The notes: generated from the sequence alone by a model not told the origin. A stretch of DNA of 64,000 bases from an uncultured Alphaproteobacteria bacterium (GCA_963846645.1 CAWJWR010000009.1:57072-121071), one strand, 5' to 3'; shown: positions 46,027 through 57,700, counted from the stretch's first letter. Numbers and translations: made by a program.

Positions 46027-46409
46027 CGGCCGCCAGCTTCCAACAAGCGGCGCGGCGCGACAAGCTCCCAACTTTGGGCGAGCCGGTCGGCGACATGGCC
46101 CCAGTCCACCCGCGGGCGATCGAGGGTGATTCCGATCCAATCGGATGGGCCGTAATAAGCTGGGCGGAAGTAGACATCCGGCTGTGCGTCGATCAGCTCC
46201 GCCATTTCCTCCTGGCCACTGCATTTGACGAGGACGCCGACCGATTCCTCACCATGATGCCGATTCCACATGATGCCGAAGAATTTGCTGTTGCTCTGGG
46301 TGCCGACTTTCCAGCCCGGAGAGCCGTGGCTCGTCTGGGGAAAGGTGCCGGGGAGGTCCAAGGCCAGTTCGCCGACCTTCTCGGTGAGCCAGTAGAAGTC
46401 TCTCGCGCG
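46023..46409 (-). CDS. MmcQ/YjbR family DNA-binding protein; start unresolved (read in frame with purN)
   Basis: LDLPGTFPQTSHGSPGWKVGT...YYGPSDWIGITLD...VAPRRL matches the YjbR/MmcQ fold. No stop separates it from the purN C-terminus in ORF 46023..46508, which implies an indel or unresolved boundary. Confidence 0.45.
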   Translation of the reverse strand, partial: RARDFYWLTEKVGELALDLPGTFPQTSHGSPGWKVGTQSNSKFFGIMWNRHHGEESVGVLVKCSGQEEMAELIDAQPDVYFRPAYYGPSDWIGITLDRPRVDWGHVADRLAQSWELVAPRRLLEAGGR

Positions 46410-46977
46410 GTTCAGATAGCGCGCGAGGACCTGCGGGTAGAGCTGGTGTTCGGCAATGAGCACGCGGTCCGCCAGCGTCTCAGGCGTGTCGGTGGGCAGC
46501 ACCGCCACCTGCGACCTGACCGAGAATCTCGCCGCTATCGAGGTCTGACGTTACCAGGTGGACGGTCGCACCCGTCACCTTCTCGCCTGCAGCCAGGCAG
46601 GCCTCGTGCGTCTTCAGGCCCTTATGCTTGGGCAAAAGGGAAGGGTGGATGTTGACGATCCGGCCATCCCACTTCGCGAGAAAGTCGTTCGGAATGATCC
46701 GCATGAACCCGGCCAGCGCGATGAGGTCTACACCTTCTTTCTCAAGAAGTACGTGTAAATCATCAAAATACTTAGCTTTATCGTTCGTCGATATCGCTAG
46801 ACGGACGACAGAAACGCCTTCCGCCTCAGCCACTTCGAGACCTGGCGCCTCCGGATTGTCGCCGGTGACGAGGGCAACTTCATATGGGCAGTCGTCGGCG
46901 CGTGAGGCATAGATCAAGGCGGCCATGTTCGAACCGCGGCCGGAGATCAGGACCGCAACGCGGCTGCGCTCAGGCAT
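46410..46977 (-). CDS. purN: phosphoribosylglycinamide formyltransferase; apparent frameshift ~46520; 3' boundary uncertain
   Basis: [12 protein letters not shown]...[11 protein letters not shown]...NIHPSLLP...[16 protein letters not shown] then ...[22 protein letters not shown] in the second frame. Confidence 0.75.
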
Positions 46978-48044
46978 TATGGGTGGCGCTCCAGCTGTCG
47001 TTCGGACCCCGGACCGTGCATCCGCGCTGCCCCTCCTCGATCCGGCCGATCCGGAAGACGGTCTCTCCGGCGCCTTCGAGTTCGGACGTCACAGTGTCGG
47101 CTTCGCCGCCAGCGACGACCAGGACCATGCCGATGCCGCAATTGAACGTCCGCACCATCTCCTGCGGTTCGACATTGCCGCCCTGCTGCAGCAGCTCGAA
47201 CAATTGCGGCATTCGCCATGCGCCCGCATCCACTACGGCGTGAGAGCTTTCCGGTAGAACTCTCGGAATATTCTCGAGAAGTCCGCCACCAGTAATGTGC
47301 GCCAGTCCCTTGATGCGACCCGACTGAACGAGCGGCAGGAGCGAGCGAACGTATATCCGTGTGGGTTCGAGCAGGAGGTCGCCGAGCGATCGACCGCCCG
47401 ACCAGGGATAGGTTGCGCCAAGATCCCAGCCGCGCTCCTGGATGATTCGCCGGACGAGGGAGAAGCCGTTGCTGTGGATGCCCGAGCTGCCGAGGCCGAG
47501 GACGTCGTCCCCGGGGCGAATCTCGAGCACCGGTCAGCACCTTGTCGCGATTGACAGCGCCCACGCAGAAGCCGGCGAGGTCATAGTCTCCAGCTGCGTA
47601 CATTCCGGGCATCTCGGCCGTTTCGCCGCCGATCAATGCGCAACCCGCCTGCCGGCAGCCCTCGGCAATCGAGGCGACGACCTGCGTCGCAACCTCGCCG
47701 TCGAGCTTTCCAGTCGCGAAATAGTCGAGGAAGAAGAGCGGCTCCGCGCCCTGCACGATCAAATCGTTGGCGCACATGGCGACGAGGTCGATTCCGACGC
47801 CGTCATGCTTGTTCGCCTCGATCGCCAGCTTGAGCTTGGTCCCAACGCCGTCATTTGCGGCAACGAGCAGCGGATCGTCATATCCGGCAGCCTTGGGATC
47901 GAAGAATCCGCCGAACCCGCCGAGCTCGACATTGGCCCCCGGGCGCGAGGTTGATCGCGCAAGCGGGCCGATGGCTTTTACGAGCGCATTTCCGGCGTCG
48001 ATGGATACTCCGGCGTCGGCGTAGGTCAGCGGCTTTTCGGACAT
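46970..48044 (-). CDS. purM: phosphoribosylformylglycinamidine cyclo-ligase (AIR synthetase); apparent frameshift ~47530
   Basis: N-terminus [15 protein letters not shown]...[10 protein letters not shown] (ORF 46977..48095). C-terminus ...[13 protein letters not shown]...[16 protein letters not shown] (ORF 46970..47530). 8-nt overlap with purN. Confidence 0.9.
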
Positions 48045-48107
48045 CCTTGGCCGCCTAGCCACAAGCCGCTTGGATTTCCACGCCGTTGTCGCCAAAAGCG
48101 ACCGCCA

Positions 48108-49400
48108 ATGGCTCGTCGCCCCTGGTTCTTTCCTGCTCTTCTCGCGCTCCTCGGCTTTTTAGTGGCCGGGGTCGTCCACGCGCAGATGGAGGCTGGCGAC
48201 CGCGGAATCGCGCCGATCGACAGTTCCGGAACGCTGGAAATCACCGGCATTCGCGTCGATGTGACCGGCAAGGACGCGCAGTCAGCCCGCTACGAAGGAT
48301 GGCGGGTCGCGCAGCGGCAGGGTTTCAAGGCGCTCTGGGCCAAGACGAACAATCGGCCGGTTTCCGAAGCGCCGACGCTTCCGGATTCGACCCTCGACGA
48401 GATGGTCAGTTCGATCGTCGTCGAGCGCGAGCAGATCGGGCCGACGCGTTACATCGCGAACCTGGGCATATTGTTCGATCGCTCTCGATCCGCGCAAGTG
48501 CTGGGCGTCGGCGGTGACGTGCAGCGGTCCGTGCCTATGCTGCTGGTGCCGGTGCTGATCACCGCCGGCTCGGATACCTCGCTCGAGCTTCGCAATCCCT
48601 GGCAACGCGCCTGGGCGGAGTTCCGGACGTCGCAGAGCCCGATCGATTATGTCCGGGTCAGCGGGCAGGGGGCCGACCCGCTGCTGGTGAATGCAGCACA
48701 GGCCGATCGTCCCGGTCGCGGCTGGTGGCGGAACATCATCGATCTTTACGGCGCCTACGACATCCTGGTCGCGCAGGTTCAATTTCAGCGCCTGTATCCG
48801 GGCGGTCCCGCATTCGCGCGCTTCGTCGGTTTTCATGGACCGGACAAGCAGCTCGTCGGCTCCTTCACGATCAGCGCTCCAGCGGGCGCAAGCTCCTTGC
48901 AGGTCATGCGCGCGGGCGCCGAACGGATGGATCGCATGTTCGCCGATGCACTCGCCGACGGCAGGCTCGTCCGCGACCGCAGTCTCGACATCCCCGAACC
49001 GCCACCGCCGCCGGAAGTCGTCGAAGAAGTCCAGGTGGAGCAGGCGCGTCCATGGGCCTATCAGGTGCAGATCGTCGCGCCCGACGTGAACATCTACAAT
49101 TTCGCAATGGCGCATCTGCGGACGACTGGCGGGGTCCAGCAGGTGGTACCGGTGAGCATCAACCCGGGCGGCGTGAGCTACGTCAACGTCACCTATCAGG
49201 GCGAGGTCTCCGGCCTGCGGAGCGCTTTGGCGGCACGAGGCTGGAGCGTCGAGCAGAACGGCTACGTGCTGCGCATGTCATCGTGCCGGAAACGCTGCCG
49301 CCACCGATCGCACCACCGCCTCCGCCGCAGCCGCAGCCACAGCAGCCCGCTCCGACACCGCAAACGCCCCCCGCCCAAGCCCCCACGAGGCAACGAATGA
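48108..49400 (+). CDS. conserved hypothetical secreted protein upstream of hdaA; possible frameshift near 49270
   Basis: Signal peptide [26 protein letters not shown]. 430 aa with no recognised domain. Pro-rich stretch near the C-terminus appears in an alternative frame. Stop overlaps the hdaA ATG (ATGA). Confidence 0.5.
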   Translation: MARRPWFFPALLALLGFLVAGVVHAQMEAGDRGIAPIDSSGTLEITGIRVDVTGKDAQSARYEGWRVAQRQGFKALWAKTNNRPVSEAPTLPDSTLDEMVSSIVVEREQIGPTRYIANLGILFDRSRSAQVLGVGGDVQRSVPMLLVPVLITAGSDTSLELRNPWQRAWAEFRTSQSPIDYVRVSGQGADPLLVNAAQADRPGRGWWRNIIDLYGAYDILVAQVQFQRLYPGGPAFARFVGFHGPDKQLVGSFTISAPAGASSLQVMRAGAERMDRMFADALADGRLVRDRSLDIPEPPPPPEVVEEVQVEQARPWAYQVQIVAPDVNIYNFAMAHLRTTGGVQQVVPVSINPGGVSYVNVTYQGEVSGLRSALAARGWSVEQNGYVLRMSSCRKRCRHRSHHRLRRSRSHSSPLRHRKRPPPKPPRGNE

Positions 49401-50020
49401 AGCGTGGGGCGGACCAGATCGCGCTCCCGCTCGACTGGCCGCAGACTGAAGGCGAATCCCGGTTCATCGTCACGGACGCCAATCGCCAGGCGTTCGATCA
49501 CTTCCGCCGCTGGACCATGTGGCCGGTCCGGGCCACCATCCTCACCGGTCCGCGAAGGTCGGGCCGAAGCCTCCTCGCGAGGACCTTTGCCGAGCGCGTG
49601 GGCGGGCGTGTAATCGATCAGGCGGACCGTGGGGACGAGGAGGAGCTTTTCCACGCCTGGAACGCCGCCCAGGACAGCGGTCTGCCGCTGGTCATGGTCG
49701 CGGATGAGGCGCCTCCCGCCTGGGCTCCCAAGCTGCCCGACCTGCGGACACGCCTGGCGGTAACGCCGGTGGCCTCGATCAACCAACCGGACGATCGCCT
49801 GTTCGAGGCGCTGATCCAATTACTGTTCGCCGATCGCGGCCTGCATGTGCCGACCGAGGCCTTGCGCTTCATGACGGAGCGCCTGAACCGCGAATATTGG
49901 ACCGCCGAGCGGGCAGTCGAGGAAGTCGATCGTTTCGCGATTGCGGAGCGGGCACGAGTGACCATGCCGACGGTCCGGCGGGCGCTCTCACAGGCAAGAA
50001 TGATCGGCGACGCGGCCTAG
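49397..50020 (+). CDS. hdaA: DnaA-regulatory inactivator HdaA (Hda)
   Basis: DnaA-like AAA+ remnant (ATILTGPRRSGRSLLARTFAERVGG...LVMVADEAPPAWAPKLPDLRTRL). Lies next to purM, as in Caulobacter-type arrangements. Confidence 0.8.
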   Translation: MKRGADQIALPLDWPQTEGESRFIVTDANRQAFDHFRRWTMWPVRATILTGPRRSGRSLLARTFAERVGGRVIDQADRGDEEELFHAWNAAQDSGLPLVMVADEAPPAWAPKLPDLRTRLAVTPVASINQPDDRLFEALIQLLFADRGLHVPTEALRFMTERLNREYWTAERAVEEVDRFAIAERARVTMPTVRRALSQARMIGDAA

Positions 50021-50301
50021 CCGCAGCTGACACGCTCGATCTTGTTGTTCGCGTCCAGGTAGACCGTCACGCGGTCCGCGCGGAATTCCATCGTGACCAT
50101 CGAGCCTTTCGGCACCCATCGAAGAGTGTTCGCGCCGGACTGTTTCAGCAGTTCAGAGCCGGTCGCTTCCGTCGCGTCCTGGCCGACGAAGCTGCTCAGG
50201 CCTTCGCCCTTGCAGGTTCCGCCTACAGGTTCTGTCCCATCCGCCGGGACGGTGCTGCACGCCGCAAGCGCGAGTGCGGAAAGAATGATTGGGTTACGCA
50301 T
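50017..50301 (-). CDS. peptidase inhibitor I78 family lipoprotein
   Basis: Lipobox LALAACS. ...CKGEGLSSFVGQDATEATGSELL...VTVYLD...IERVSCG resembles I78 inhibitors. About 95 aa. Confidence 0.55.
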   Translation of the reverse strand: MRNPIILSALALAACSTVPADGTEPVGGTCKGEGLSSFVGQDATEATGSELLKQSGANTLRWVPKGSMVTMEFRADRVTVYLDANNKIERVSCG

Positions 50302-51472
50302 CGACAGCCTCAACGACTCTGCTCATCTTCAGTTTCCCATTCTCGATCGCGAAACCGAGGCGACCCTCGACGAGGTCGAGCGCGTCGCGGCCGAATTCTT
50401 CGAACCGCCAGCCCTGCAGAATCGCGAGATCCTTGCGGACTCCGGCGGCGAGCGCTTCCAGGTCGTCCGAACGCGCGATCAGCCGCGGCGCGACGCCCGC
50501 TTCCTTGGCGCGGATCTTCAGGAGCAGCTTCAGCAGGTCGCTTACGAGCACCGAATCCTTGGTAAGACCGGGCCGGCGCGGCTCACGGTCGGGCATTTCG
50601 TGCGGCTCCAGCGGCCTGGCCAATTCGACGGCAGCCATCAGGCGCGCGCCAATATCGTTCGTCCTCCAGCCGGCGGAGAGACCGCGGACGCGCCCGAGGT
50701 CGTCCTGCGTCTTCGGCGGATGCGCCGAAAGCTCACCAAGCGTATCATCCTTCACGATCCGACCACGCGGGATGTTCTTGGTGCGGGCCTCCGTTTCGCG
50801 CCATCCGGCGAGAGCCTTCAGGCGGCCAAGGACCACCGGATTGCGGCTCGGAAGTTTCAGGCGCTTCCAGGCATCCTCCGCCTCGAACGCGAAGGATAAA
50901 GGGTTCGCGAGCCGCTCCATCTCCTCGTCCAGCCAGCCGCCGCGCCCGGTCTTCTTCAGGCGGGCGAGCAGCTTCGGAAACACCGTGGCGAGGTGCGTGA
51001 CGTCGGCGATCGCATAATCGATCTGGCGCTTGTCGAGCGGGCGGCGGCTCCAGTCCGTGAAGCGGGCACCCTTGTCGATGTTGTGGCCGAGCATCGATTC
51101 GATGAGGTTTGAGTAGCCAACTTGCTCGCCATGGCCGAGCGCCATGGCGGCGATCTGCGTATCGAACAGCGGCAGGGGCGTCTTGTCGGTGAGATTGTAG
51201 ATGATCTCGAGGTCCTGCCCGCCGGCGTGGAAGACCTTCACGACGTCGGTGTTCTTGACCATCAGGTCGAGCAGGGGCGTCATGTCGAGATCGGCCTTCG
51301 GATCGATCGCCGCGGCCTCTTCGGGGCTCGCGATCTGGATCAGGCACAGATCCGGCCAATAGGTGTTCTCGCGCATGAACTCGGTGTCCACGGCGACGAA
51401 GGGATGCTTGGAGAGGCGCTCGACGAGGGGAAGAAGGTCTTCGGAGCGGGTGATCAGGGGATGGATTTTCAT
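50294..51472 (-). CDS. rnd: ribonuclease D
   Basis: DEDDy 3'-5' exonuclease motifs (FVAVDTEFMRENTYWPDLCLIQIAS...YAIADVTHL) plus HRDC domain. Confidence 0.85.
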   Translation of the reverse strand: MKIHPLITRSEDLLPLVERLSKHPFVAVDTEFMRENTYWPDLCLIQIASPEEAAAIDPKADLDMTPLLDLMVKNTDVVKVFHAGGQDLEIIYNLTDKTPLPLFDTQIAAMALGHGEQVGYSNLIESMLGHNIDKGARFTDWSRRPLDKRQIDYAIADVTHLATVFPKLLARLKKTGRGGWLDEEMERLANPLSFAFEAEDAWKRLKLPSRNPVVLGRLKALAGWRETEARTKNIPRGRIVKDDTLGELSAHPPKTQDDLGRVRGLSAGWRTNDIGARLMAAVELARPLEPHEMPDREPRRPGLTKDSVLVSDLLKLLLKIRAKEAGVAPRLIARSDDLEALAAGVRKDLAILQGWRFEEFGRDALDLVEGRLGFAIENGKLKMSRVVEAVDA

Positions 51473-51557
51473 GAGTCTCCGGAGGCCTTAGCGGCCTGCC
51501 CGCGGGTTGACAAAAGGTGAGTTGGAAGGGAAGCGCCGGGCCGAATTCCAGGAAATT

Positions 51558-51623
51558 CGTCATTCCCGCGGAAGCGGGAACCTAGTCCTTTCTTGCTGGG
51601 TCCCCGCTTTCGCGGGGATGACG
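51558..51623. repeat. REP-like twin GC-hairpin element (inverted arms CGTCATTCCCGCGGAAGCGGGAAC ... GGGTCCCCGCTTTCGCGGGGATGACG)
   Basis: Two stem-loops (CCCGC-GGAA-GCGGG and CCCCGC-TTTC-GCGGGG) carried on imperfect inverted 24-nt arms, 18-80 bp upstream of the aspS ATG in the rnd/aspS divergent region. Confidence 0.5.
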
Positions 51624-51640
51624 AGGATTTGAGAGACGAC

Positions 51641-53416
51641 ATGCACCCCTATCGCACCCACAATTGCGGCCAGCTCCGCGCTTCCAACGTCGGGGAAAAG
51701 GTCCGCCTTTCCGGCTGGATCCACCGCAAGCGGGACCATGGCGGCGTGCTCTTCGTCGACCTGCGCGACCATTACGGAATTACCCAGATCGTTGCCGCCG
51801 TCGGTAGTCCAATGCTGGAACTCTTGGACTCTCTTCGCGTGGAGTCGGTCGTTTCCGTGACGGGTGACGTCGTCGCTCGCGGGCCGGAAGTCGTAAACGC
51901 CAAGCTCCCAACGGGCGAGATCGAGGTCGTCGCGCGCGAAGTCCAAGTCCAGTCGGCGGCCGACGAACTGCCGATGCCTGTCGCCGGTGAGCAGGACTAT
52001 CCCGAGGAAATCCGACTCAAGTACCGCTACCTCGACCTGCGCCGTGACCAGGTCCACCGGAACATTATCCTGCGCTCGGCCGTGATCAGCTCGATCCGCC
52101 GCCGTATGATCGATCAGAACTTCACCGAGTTCCAGACGCCGATCCTGACCGCGAGCTCGCCCGAAGGCGCCCGCGACTATCTCGTCCCGAGCCGCGTCCA
52201 TCCGGGCAAGTTCTACGCGCTTCCGCAGGCGCCGCAGATGTTCAAGCAGCTGATCATGGTCGCGGGCTTCGACCGCTACTTCCAGATCGCGCCCTGCTTC
52301 CGCGACGAGGACGCCCGCGCCGATCGATCGCCGGGAGAATTCTACCAGCTCGATTTCGAGATGAGCTTCGTCACGCAGGACGACGTCTTCAACGCGATCG
52401 AGCCGGTGCTGTCCGGCGTATTCGAGGAATTCGCGAACGGCCGCACCGTTACTCCGGCGGGCGAATACCCGCGCATTCCCTATCGGGAGGCGATGCTCAA
52501 ATACGGCAGCGACAAGCCGGACCTTCGCAACCCGCTGCTGATCACCGACGTGTCGGAGCATTTCAAAGGCTCGGGCTTCGGCCTTTTCGCCGGCCTGGTT
52601 GAGAAGGGCGCTGTCGTCCGCGCGGTTCCGGCACCCGGCACGGCGGAGAAGAGCCGCAAGTTCTTCGACGACATGAACGAGTGGGCTCGCAGCGAAGGTT
52701 ATGCGGGGCTCGGCTACGCGACGCGCAAAAGCGGCGAATGGGGCGGCCCGATCGCCAAGAATCACGGCGAAGAGGGCATGAACCGCATCGCCGAGACAAT
52801 GGGCCTCGGTCCCAACGACGGTATCTTCTTCGCCGCCGGCAAGGAAGAAGAAGCGGCCAAGCTGGCGGGCGCGGCGCGCACGCGCGTCGGCGAGCAGCTC
52901 GACCTCATCGAGAAAGGCTCGTTCCGCTTCTGCTGGATCGTCGACTTCCCGATGTTCGAATATAACGACGACCAGAAGAAGATCGATTTCTCGCACAATC
53001 CCTTCTCGATGCCGCAGGGCGAGATGGAGGCGCTGGAGACCAAGGATCCGCTCGATATCCTCGCCTGGCAGTACGACATCGTCTGCAACGGCGTGGAGCT
53101 GAGCTCCGGCGCCATCCGGAACCACCGTCCGGACATCATGTACAAGGCGTTCGAGATTGCCGGCTATTCGAAGGAAGAGGTCGACACGAACTTCTCCGGC
53201 ATGATCAACGCCTTCAAGTTCGGCGCTCCTCCCCACGGTGGTTCAGCTCCGGGGATCGACCGCATCGTCATGCTGCTCGCCGACGAGCCGAACATCCGCG
53301 AAGTCATCCTCTTCCCGATGAATCAGAAGGCGGAAGACCTGATGATGAACGCTCCGGCGCCGGTCAGTCCGAAGCAATTGAAGGAACTCGGCATCCGCGT
53401 CGTCGATTTGGGTTGA
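51641..53416 (+). CDS. aspS: aspartate--tRNA ligase
   Basis: Class II motifs ([21 protein letters not shown]; [14 protein letters not shown]), anticodon-binding OB domain, 591 aa from the ATG at 51641. The ORF-track start 51593 is rejected because it runs through the hairpin element. Confidence 0.95.
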   Translation: MHPYRTHNCGQLRASNVGEKVRLSGWIHRKRDHGGVLFVDLRDHYGITQIVAAVGSPMLELLDSLRVESVVSVTGDVVARGPEVVNAKLPTGEIEVVAREVQVQSAADELPMPVAGEQDYPEEIRLKYRYLDLRRDQVHRNIILRSAVISSIRRRMIDQNFTEFQTPILTASSPEGARDYLVPSRVHPGKFYALPQAPQMFKQLIMVAGFDRYFQIAPCFRDEDARADRSPGEFYQLDFEMSFVTQDDVFNAIEPVLSGVFEEFANGRTVTPAGEYPRIPYREAMLKYGSDKPDLRNPLLITDVSEHFKGSGFGLFAGLVEKGAVVRAVPAPGTAEKSRKFFDDMNEWARSEGYAGLGYATRKSGEWGGPIAKNHGEEGMNRIAETMGLGPNDGIFFAAGKEEEAAKLAGAARTRVGEQLDLIEKGSFRFCWIVDFPMFEYNDDQKKIDFSHNPFSMPQGEMEALETKDPLDILAWQYDIVCNGVELSSGAIRNHRPDIMYKAFEIAGYSKEEVDTNFSGMINAFKFGAPPHGGSAPGIDRIVMLLADEPNIREVILFPMNQKAEDLMMNAPAPVSPKQLKELGIRVVDLG

Positions 53417-53549
53417 TCGTCCTCACTGGCCGAAAGGCCAACTGGCGACGTGTCGGGCCGCTGTGATTGTCACGAGCGTTCCACCAACGGCTACTACGCG
53501 TCGACGAAAAGCAATTGAGGGCAACAATCCACATCCGTAGACGAGGTTT

Positions 53550-54737
53550 GTGAGAACAATTCGCAATAATCTTCTGCCTGCTATGGCCCTGATCCTGGCC
53601 GGATGCTCGCAGTCGGAAGTGGAGAATGGGCGCGGTCAGCGCGGTCCTGCGCAGGTCGGCTTCGTCGTTGCGCAGCCGACTTCGGTACCGGTCCGGTCGC
53701 TGCTCGGCGGACGAACGGTGGCATTCGAGACTTCGGAAGTCCGGCCGCAGGTCAACGGCCTGGTCCGCCGCCGCTACTTCACCGAAGGATCCTACGTCCG
53801 GCAAGGGCAGCCGCTCTTCCAGATCGATCCAAGCCTCTACCGCGCGGCAGTCAACGAGGCGCAGGCAAATGTCGCGAATGCGCGCGCGACCTTGGACGCA
53901 GCCCAGGTCCGCGCGAACCGCTACAAGCCGCTCGCCGAAATGGAGGCCATCTCCAAGCAGGAATATACGGACGCCGCGGCGCAGGCCCGGCAGGCGCGCG
54001 CAGCGGTTGCCCAGAACAGCGCCCAACTCGACACGGCACGGATCAATTTGCGCTTCACCAGCATTCCTGCGCCGATCAGCGGGCGGATCGGCCGATCGCT
54101 TTCGACAGTGGGCGCGCTTGTCACCGCCAATCAAGCGGATCCGTTGGCCGTGATCCAGCGGCTCGACCCCATATACGTCGACATTCAGCAATCGAGCGCG
54201 GAGTTGACGAAACTTCAACGTGCCGTGGCCGCTGGGGGGGTGTCCGCGGGCAGCACGCAGGTTCGGCTGAAGCTCGAGGATGGGGCCGATTACGGCTACA
54301 CCGGCACCGTCCAGTTTTCCGAGGTCATGGTGAACGAGAGCACTGGGACGGTAACTCTTCGGGCACGTTTTCCCAATCCCCAGAACGTGCTTCTGCCGGG
54401 GATGTTCGTCCAGGCGCTCTTCACGCAGGCCGTCGACCAGAACGTTTTCCTGGTTCCGCAGGCAGCGGTGCAGCGCGATATCGGCGGCGGCGCCTTCGTC
54501 TTCCTCGTGGGAGCTGGCAACAAGGCGGAGCGCCGGAAGGTGGTTGCCAACAGGACCGATGGGGCGAACTGGGTCGTATCGGCTGGTCTCCGGCCGGGCG
54601 ACAAGATCATCACCCAGGGCACGGCCAACCTTCGCAGTGGAGCCGAGCTCAAGCCCGTACCAGCAAGCGCGGCGCAGCGGATCGAACCTCGGAGGGCCGG
54701 AGCGGAGGCAAACGACCGGGCTGGTCAGGGGCGCTAG
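53550..54737 (+). CDS. RND efflux periplasmic adaptor (membrane fusion protein, AcrA/MexA family)
   Basis: Lipobox LILAGCS, then biotinyl/lipoyl-like, coiled-coil and beta-barrel domains typical of HlyD/AcrA proteins. Confidence 0.85.
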   Translation: MRTIRNNLLPAMALILAGCSQSEVENGRGQRGPAQVGFVVAQPTSVPVRSLLGGRTVAFETSEVRPQVNGLVRRRYFTEGSYVRQGQPLFQIDPSLYRAAVNEAQANVANARATLDAAQVRANRYKPLAEMEAISKQEYTDAAAQARQARAAVAQNSAQLDTARINLRFTSIPAPISGRIGRSLSTVGALVTANQADPLAVIQRLDPIYVDIQQSSAELTKLQRAVAAGGVSAGSTQVRLKLEDGADYGYTGTVQFSEVMVNESTGTVTLRARFPNPQNVLLPGMFVQALFTQAVDQNVFLVPQAAVQRDIGGGAFVFLVGAGNKAERRKVVANRTDGANWVVSAGLRPGDKIITQGTANLRSGAELKPVPASAAQRIEPRRAGAEANDRAGQGR

Positions 54738-54740
54738 GCA

Positions 54741-57700
54741 TTGTCCCGGATATTCATCGATCGGCCGATCTTCGCGTGGGTGCTCGCGATCGTCGTCATG
54801 CTTGCGGGTATCGGCGCGATCCGGGCCCTTCCGATCGAGCAATACCCGGACATTGCGCCGCCGCAGGTCAATATTCGGGCGAGCTATCCGGGCGCGTCGG
54901 CGGAGACGATCGAGAATAGTGTTACCCAGATCATCGAGCAGCAGCTGACCGGAATCGACGGCCTGCTCTACTTCAGCTCGACGTCCAGCTCGCGCGGCTC
55001 GGTCAGCATCTCGGCGGTCTTCCAGAAAGGGACCGATCCGGACACGGCGCAGGTGCAGGTCCAGAACCAGGTGCAGCAGGCGATCGCTCGCTTGCCCGCG
55101 CAGGTGCAGCAGCAGGGCATTAGAGTGACCAAGTCCAATCCGGACTTCCTGCTGATCGTCGGCATTTACGACGCGACCGACCAGCGCACGAACATGGATA
55201 TCTCGGACTATCTGTCGTCGAACATCCAGGACCCTCTGTCGCGCGTGCCGGGTGTCGGCGACATCAACGTCTTCGGCGCGCCGCACGCGATGCGCATCTG
55301 GCTCAATCCCCAGAGGCTCGCAGCCTTCTCGCTGATGCCCAGCGACGTTATCAGCGCAATCTCAGCGCAGAACACCGAGGTCGCGGCGGGCGAAGTGGGT
55401 GGGCTGCCGTCGCCGCAGGGGCAGATGCTCAACGCGACGGTCACTGCGCAATCCAAGCTGCAGACGCCCGAGCAATTCCGCGAGATCGTCCTCAAGACCG
55501 ACCCCAGCGGAGCGTCGGTACGGCTCGGTGACGTTTCGCGCGTCGAGCTTGGCGCCGAAAATTATGCAGCGGTCGTCCGGATCAATGGTCACCCGGGCGC
55601 CGGTATCGCCATCTCGCTGGCGCCGGGTGCGGATGCGCTTGAGACTGCCGAACTGGTCAAGGCACGCGTGCAGCAGCTCTCGGACGAATTTCCGGAAGGC
55701 CTTCAAATCGCTTACGCCAACGACACGACGGATTTCATCAAGCTGTCGGTCGAAGAGGTGGTGAAGACCCTGATCGAGGCGATCGTCCTCGTCATTCTGG
55801 TGATCTTCGTCTTCCTGCAGAACTGGCGGGCGCTTCTCGTTCCGGCGATCGCCATCCCGGTCGTCCTGCTCGGCACCTTCGCAATCTTCTACATGACCGG
55901 CTTCACCATCAATACGTTGACGCTGTTCGGGTTGACGCTCGCGGTCGGCCTGCTCGTCGACGACGCCATCGTCGTGGTTGAGAACGTCGAGCGCCTGCTT
56001 CACGAAAATCCCGAGATGACCCCGCGCGAAGCGACCATCGAGTCGATGAAGGAAATCCAGGTCGCGCTGGTCGCCATCGCCATGGTGCTTTCAGCCGTGT
56101 TCCTGCCCATGGCCTTTTTCGGTGGGTCGACGGGCGTCATCTATCAGCAATTCTCGATCACCATCATCGCCGCGATGGCCCTGTCAGTGCTCGTTGCGCT
56201 GATCCTGAGCCCGGCGCTGACATCCACGCTCCTTCGCCAGCCGAGCAAGGAGCCTGAAGGGCCGAACTGGCTCGACCGGCGGGTGCCGGCGTTTGGCCGA
56301 TTGATTCACCGCAGCCGGAACGCGTTCAACAACGGCTTCGACCGGACGGTGGTGCGCTATCGCAGCGCGATCGTGGCGGTGATCGACCGCAAGTGGCTGT
56401 TCCTCGGTATCTACGGCCTGATTGTCGCCGCGTTGATCGTGATGTTCCTTCGCCTGCCGACTGGCTTCCTGCCGACCGAGGACCAGGGCGCTGCGAGCCT
56501 CCAGTATCGTCTCCCGCCTGGGGCCACACAGGGCCGCACGCTGGAGGTACGAGACGCAGTCGAACGTTACTTCACGGAACATGAATCGAAGAATGTGAAG
56601 ACGCTCTTCACAGTTGCGGGCGGCGGTGGCGGCGGTGGGGCCGTGGGTCAGAACACCGGGCAGGGCTTCATCAACTTCGTGCCGTGGGATGAGCGTTCCG
56701 GCAAGGAGAATACGGCGGACGCTATCGTGGAACGAGCCTCGGGAGCGTTTCGAAATTTCCGCGACGCGCAGGTCTTCGCGCTTGTGCCGGGCGCGATCCG
56801 TGGACTTGGGCAGTCGAGCGGCTTCACCATGCAGTTCCAGAACCGCAGCGGAATGAGCCGCGAGCAGTTCCTCGCCGCCCGCGACCGCCTGCTGAAGGAA
56901 GCCAATGCGAATCCGAAGCTGACGTCCGTCCGCATCAGCGATCTGCCCGACGTCGCGACCTACAAGATCGACGTCAATCAGCAGAAACTGACCGCGCTCG
57001 GCCTCAACCAGAACGACGTCAACAGCACCCTGTCGACGGCCTGGGGCGGGCGCTACGTCAACGACTTCATCGACCAGGGCCGAGTGAAGCGGGTCTACGT
57101 GCAGGCCGATGCGCCGTACCGCGCGGACCCGGCGAGCCTCGGGCAATGGTACGTCCGCTCGTCCAACGGCGAGATGGCGCCATTTTCGTCGTTCGCGCAG
57201 ACGAGCTGGGCCACCGCGCCGAGCAGCCTCTCGCGGTTTCAAGGCGTGCCTGCCTTCGAATTCCAGGGCCAGCCGGCGGCGGGTGTCAGCTCAGGCGAGG
57301 CGATGGACGAGATGGCGCGCCTTGCGTCCGAGGTCGACGGCACCAGCGTCGCCTGGTCCGGGCAATCCTATCAGGAACGGCTGTCGTCGGGGCAGGCGCC
57401 CTTGCTTTACGCAGTGTCCCTGCTCGTCGTTTTCCTATGCCTTGCTGCACTGTACGAGAGTTGGTCGATTCCAGTGGCCGTCTTGCTTGTCATTCCGCTC
57501 GGGCTGGTGGGGGCGGTGTTCGCCGTGACGCTGCGGGGCCTCGAAAACGACGTTTACCTGCAGATCGGCCTGCTCACGACGATGGGCCTTGCCGCAAAGA
57601 ACGCAATCCTGATGATCGAGTTCGCCGAGCGTGGCGAGCGGCAGGGTATGCGTGTCATCGACGCGGCGCTGGAAGCGGCACGAATCCGGCTTCGCCCCAT

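Noticed and set aside
51593-51640. ORF-track start of aspS at 51593.
   Set aside because: The extension runs through the twin-hairpin repeat and lacks an RBS. AspS homology starts at the ATG at 51641.
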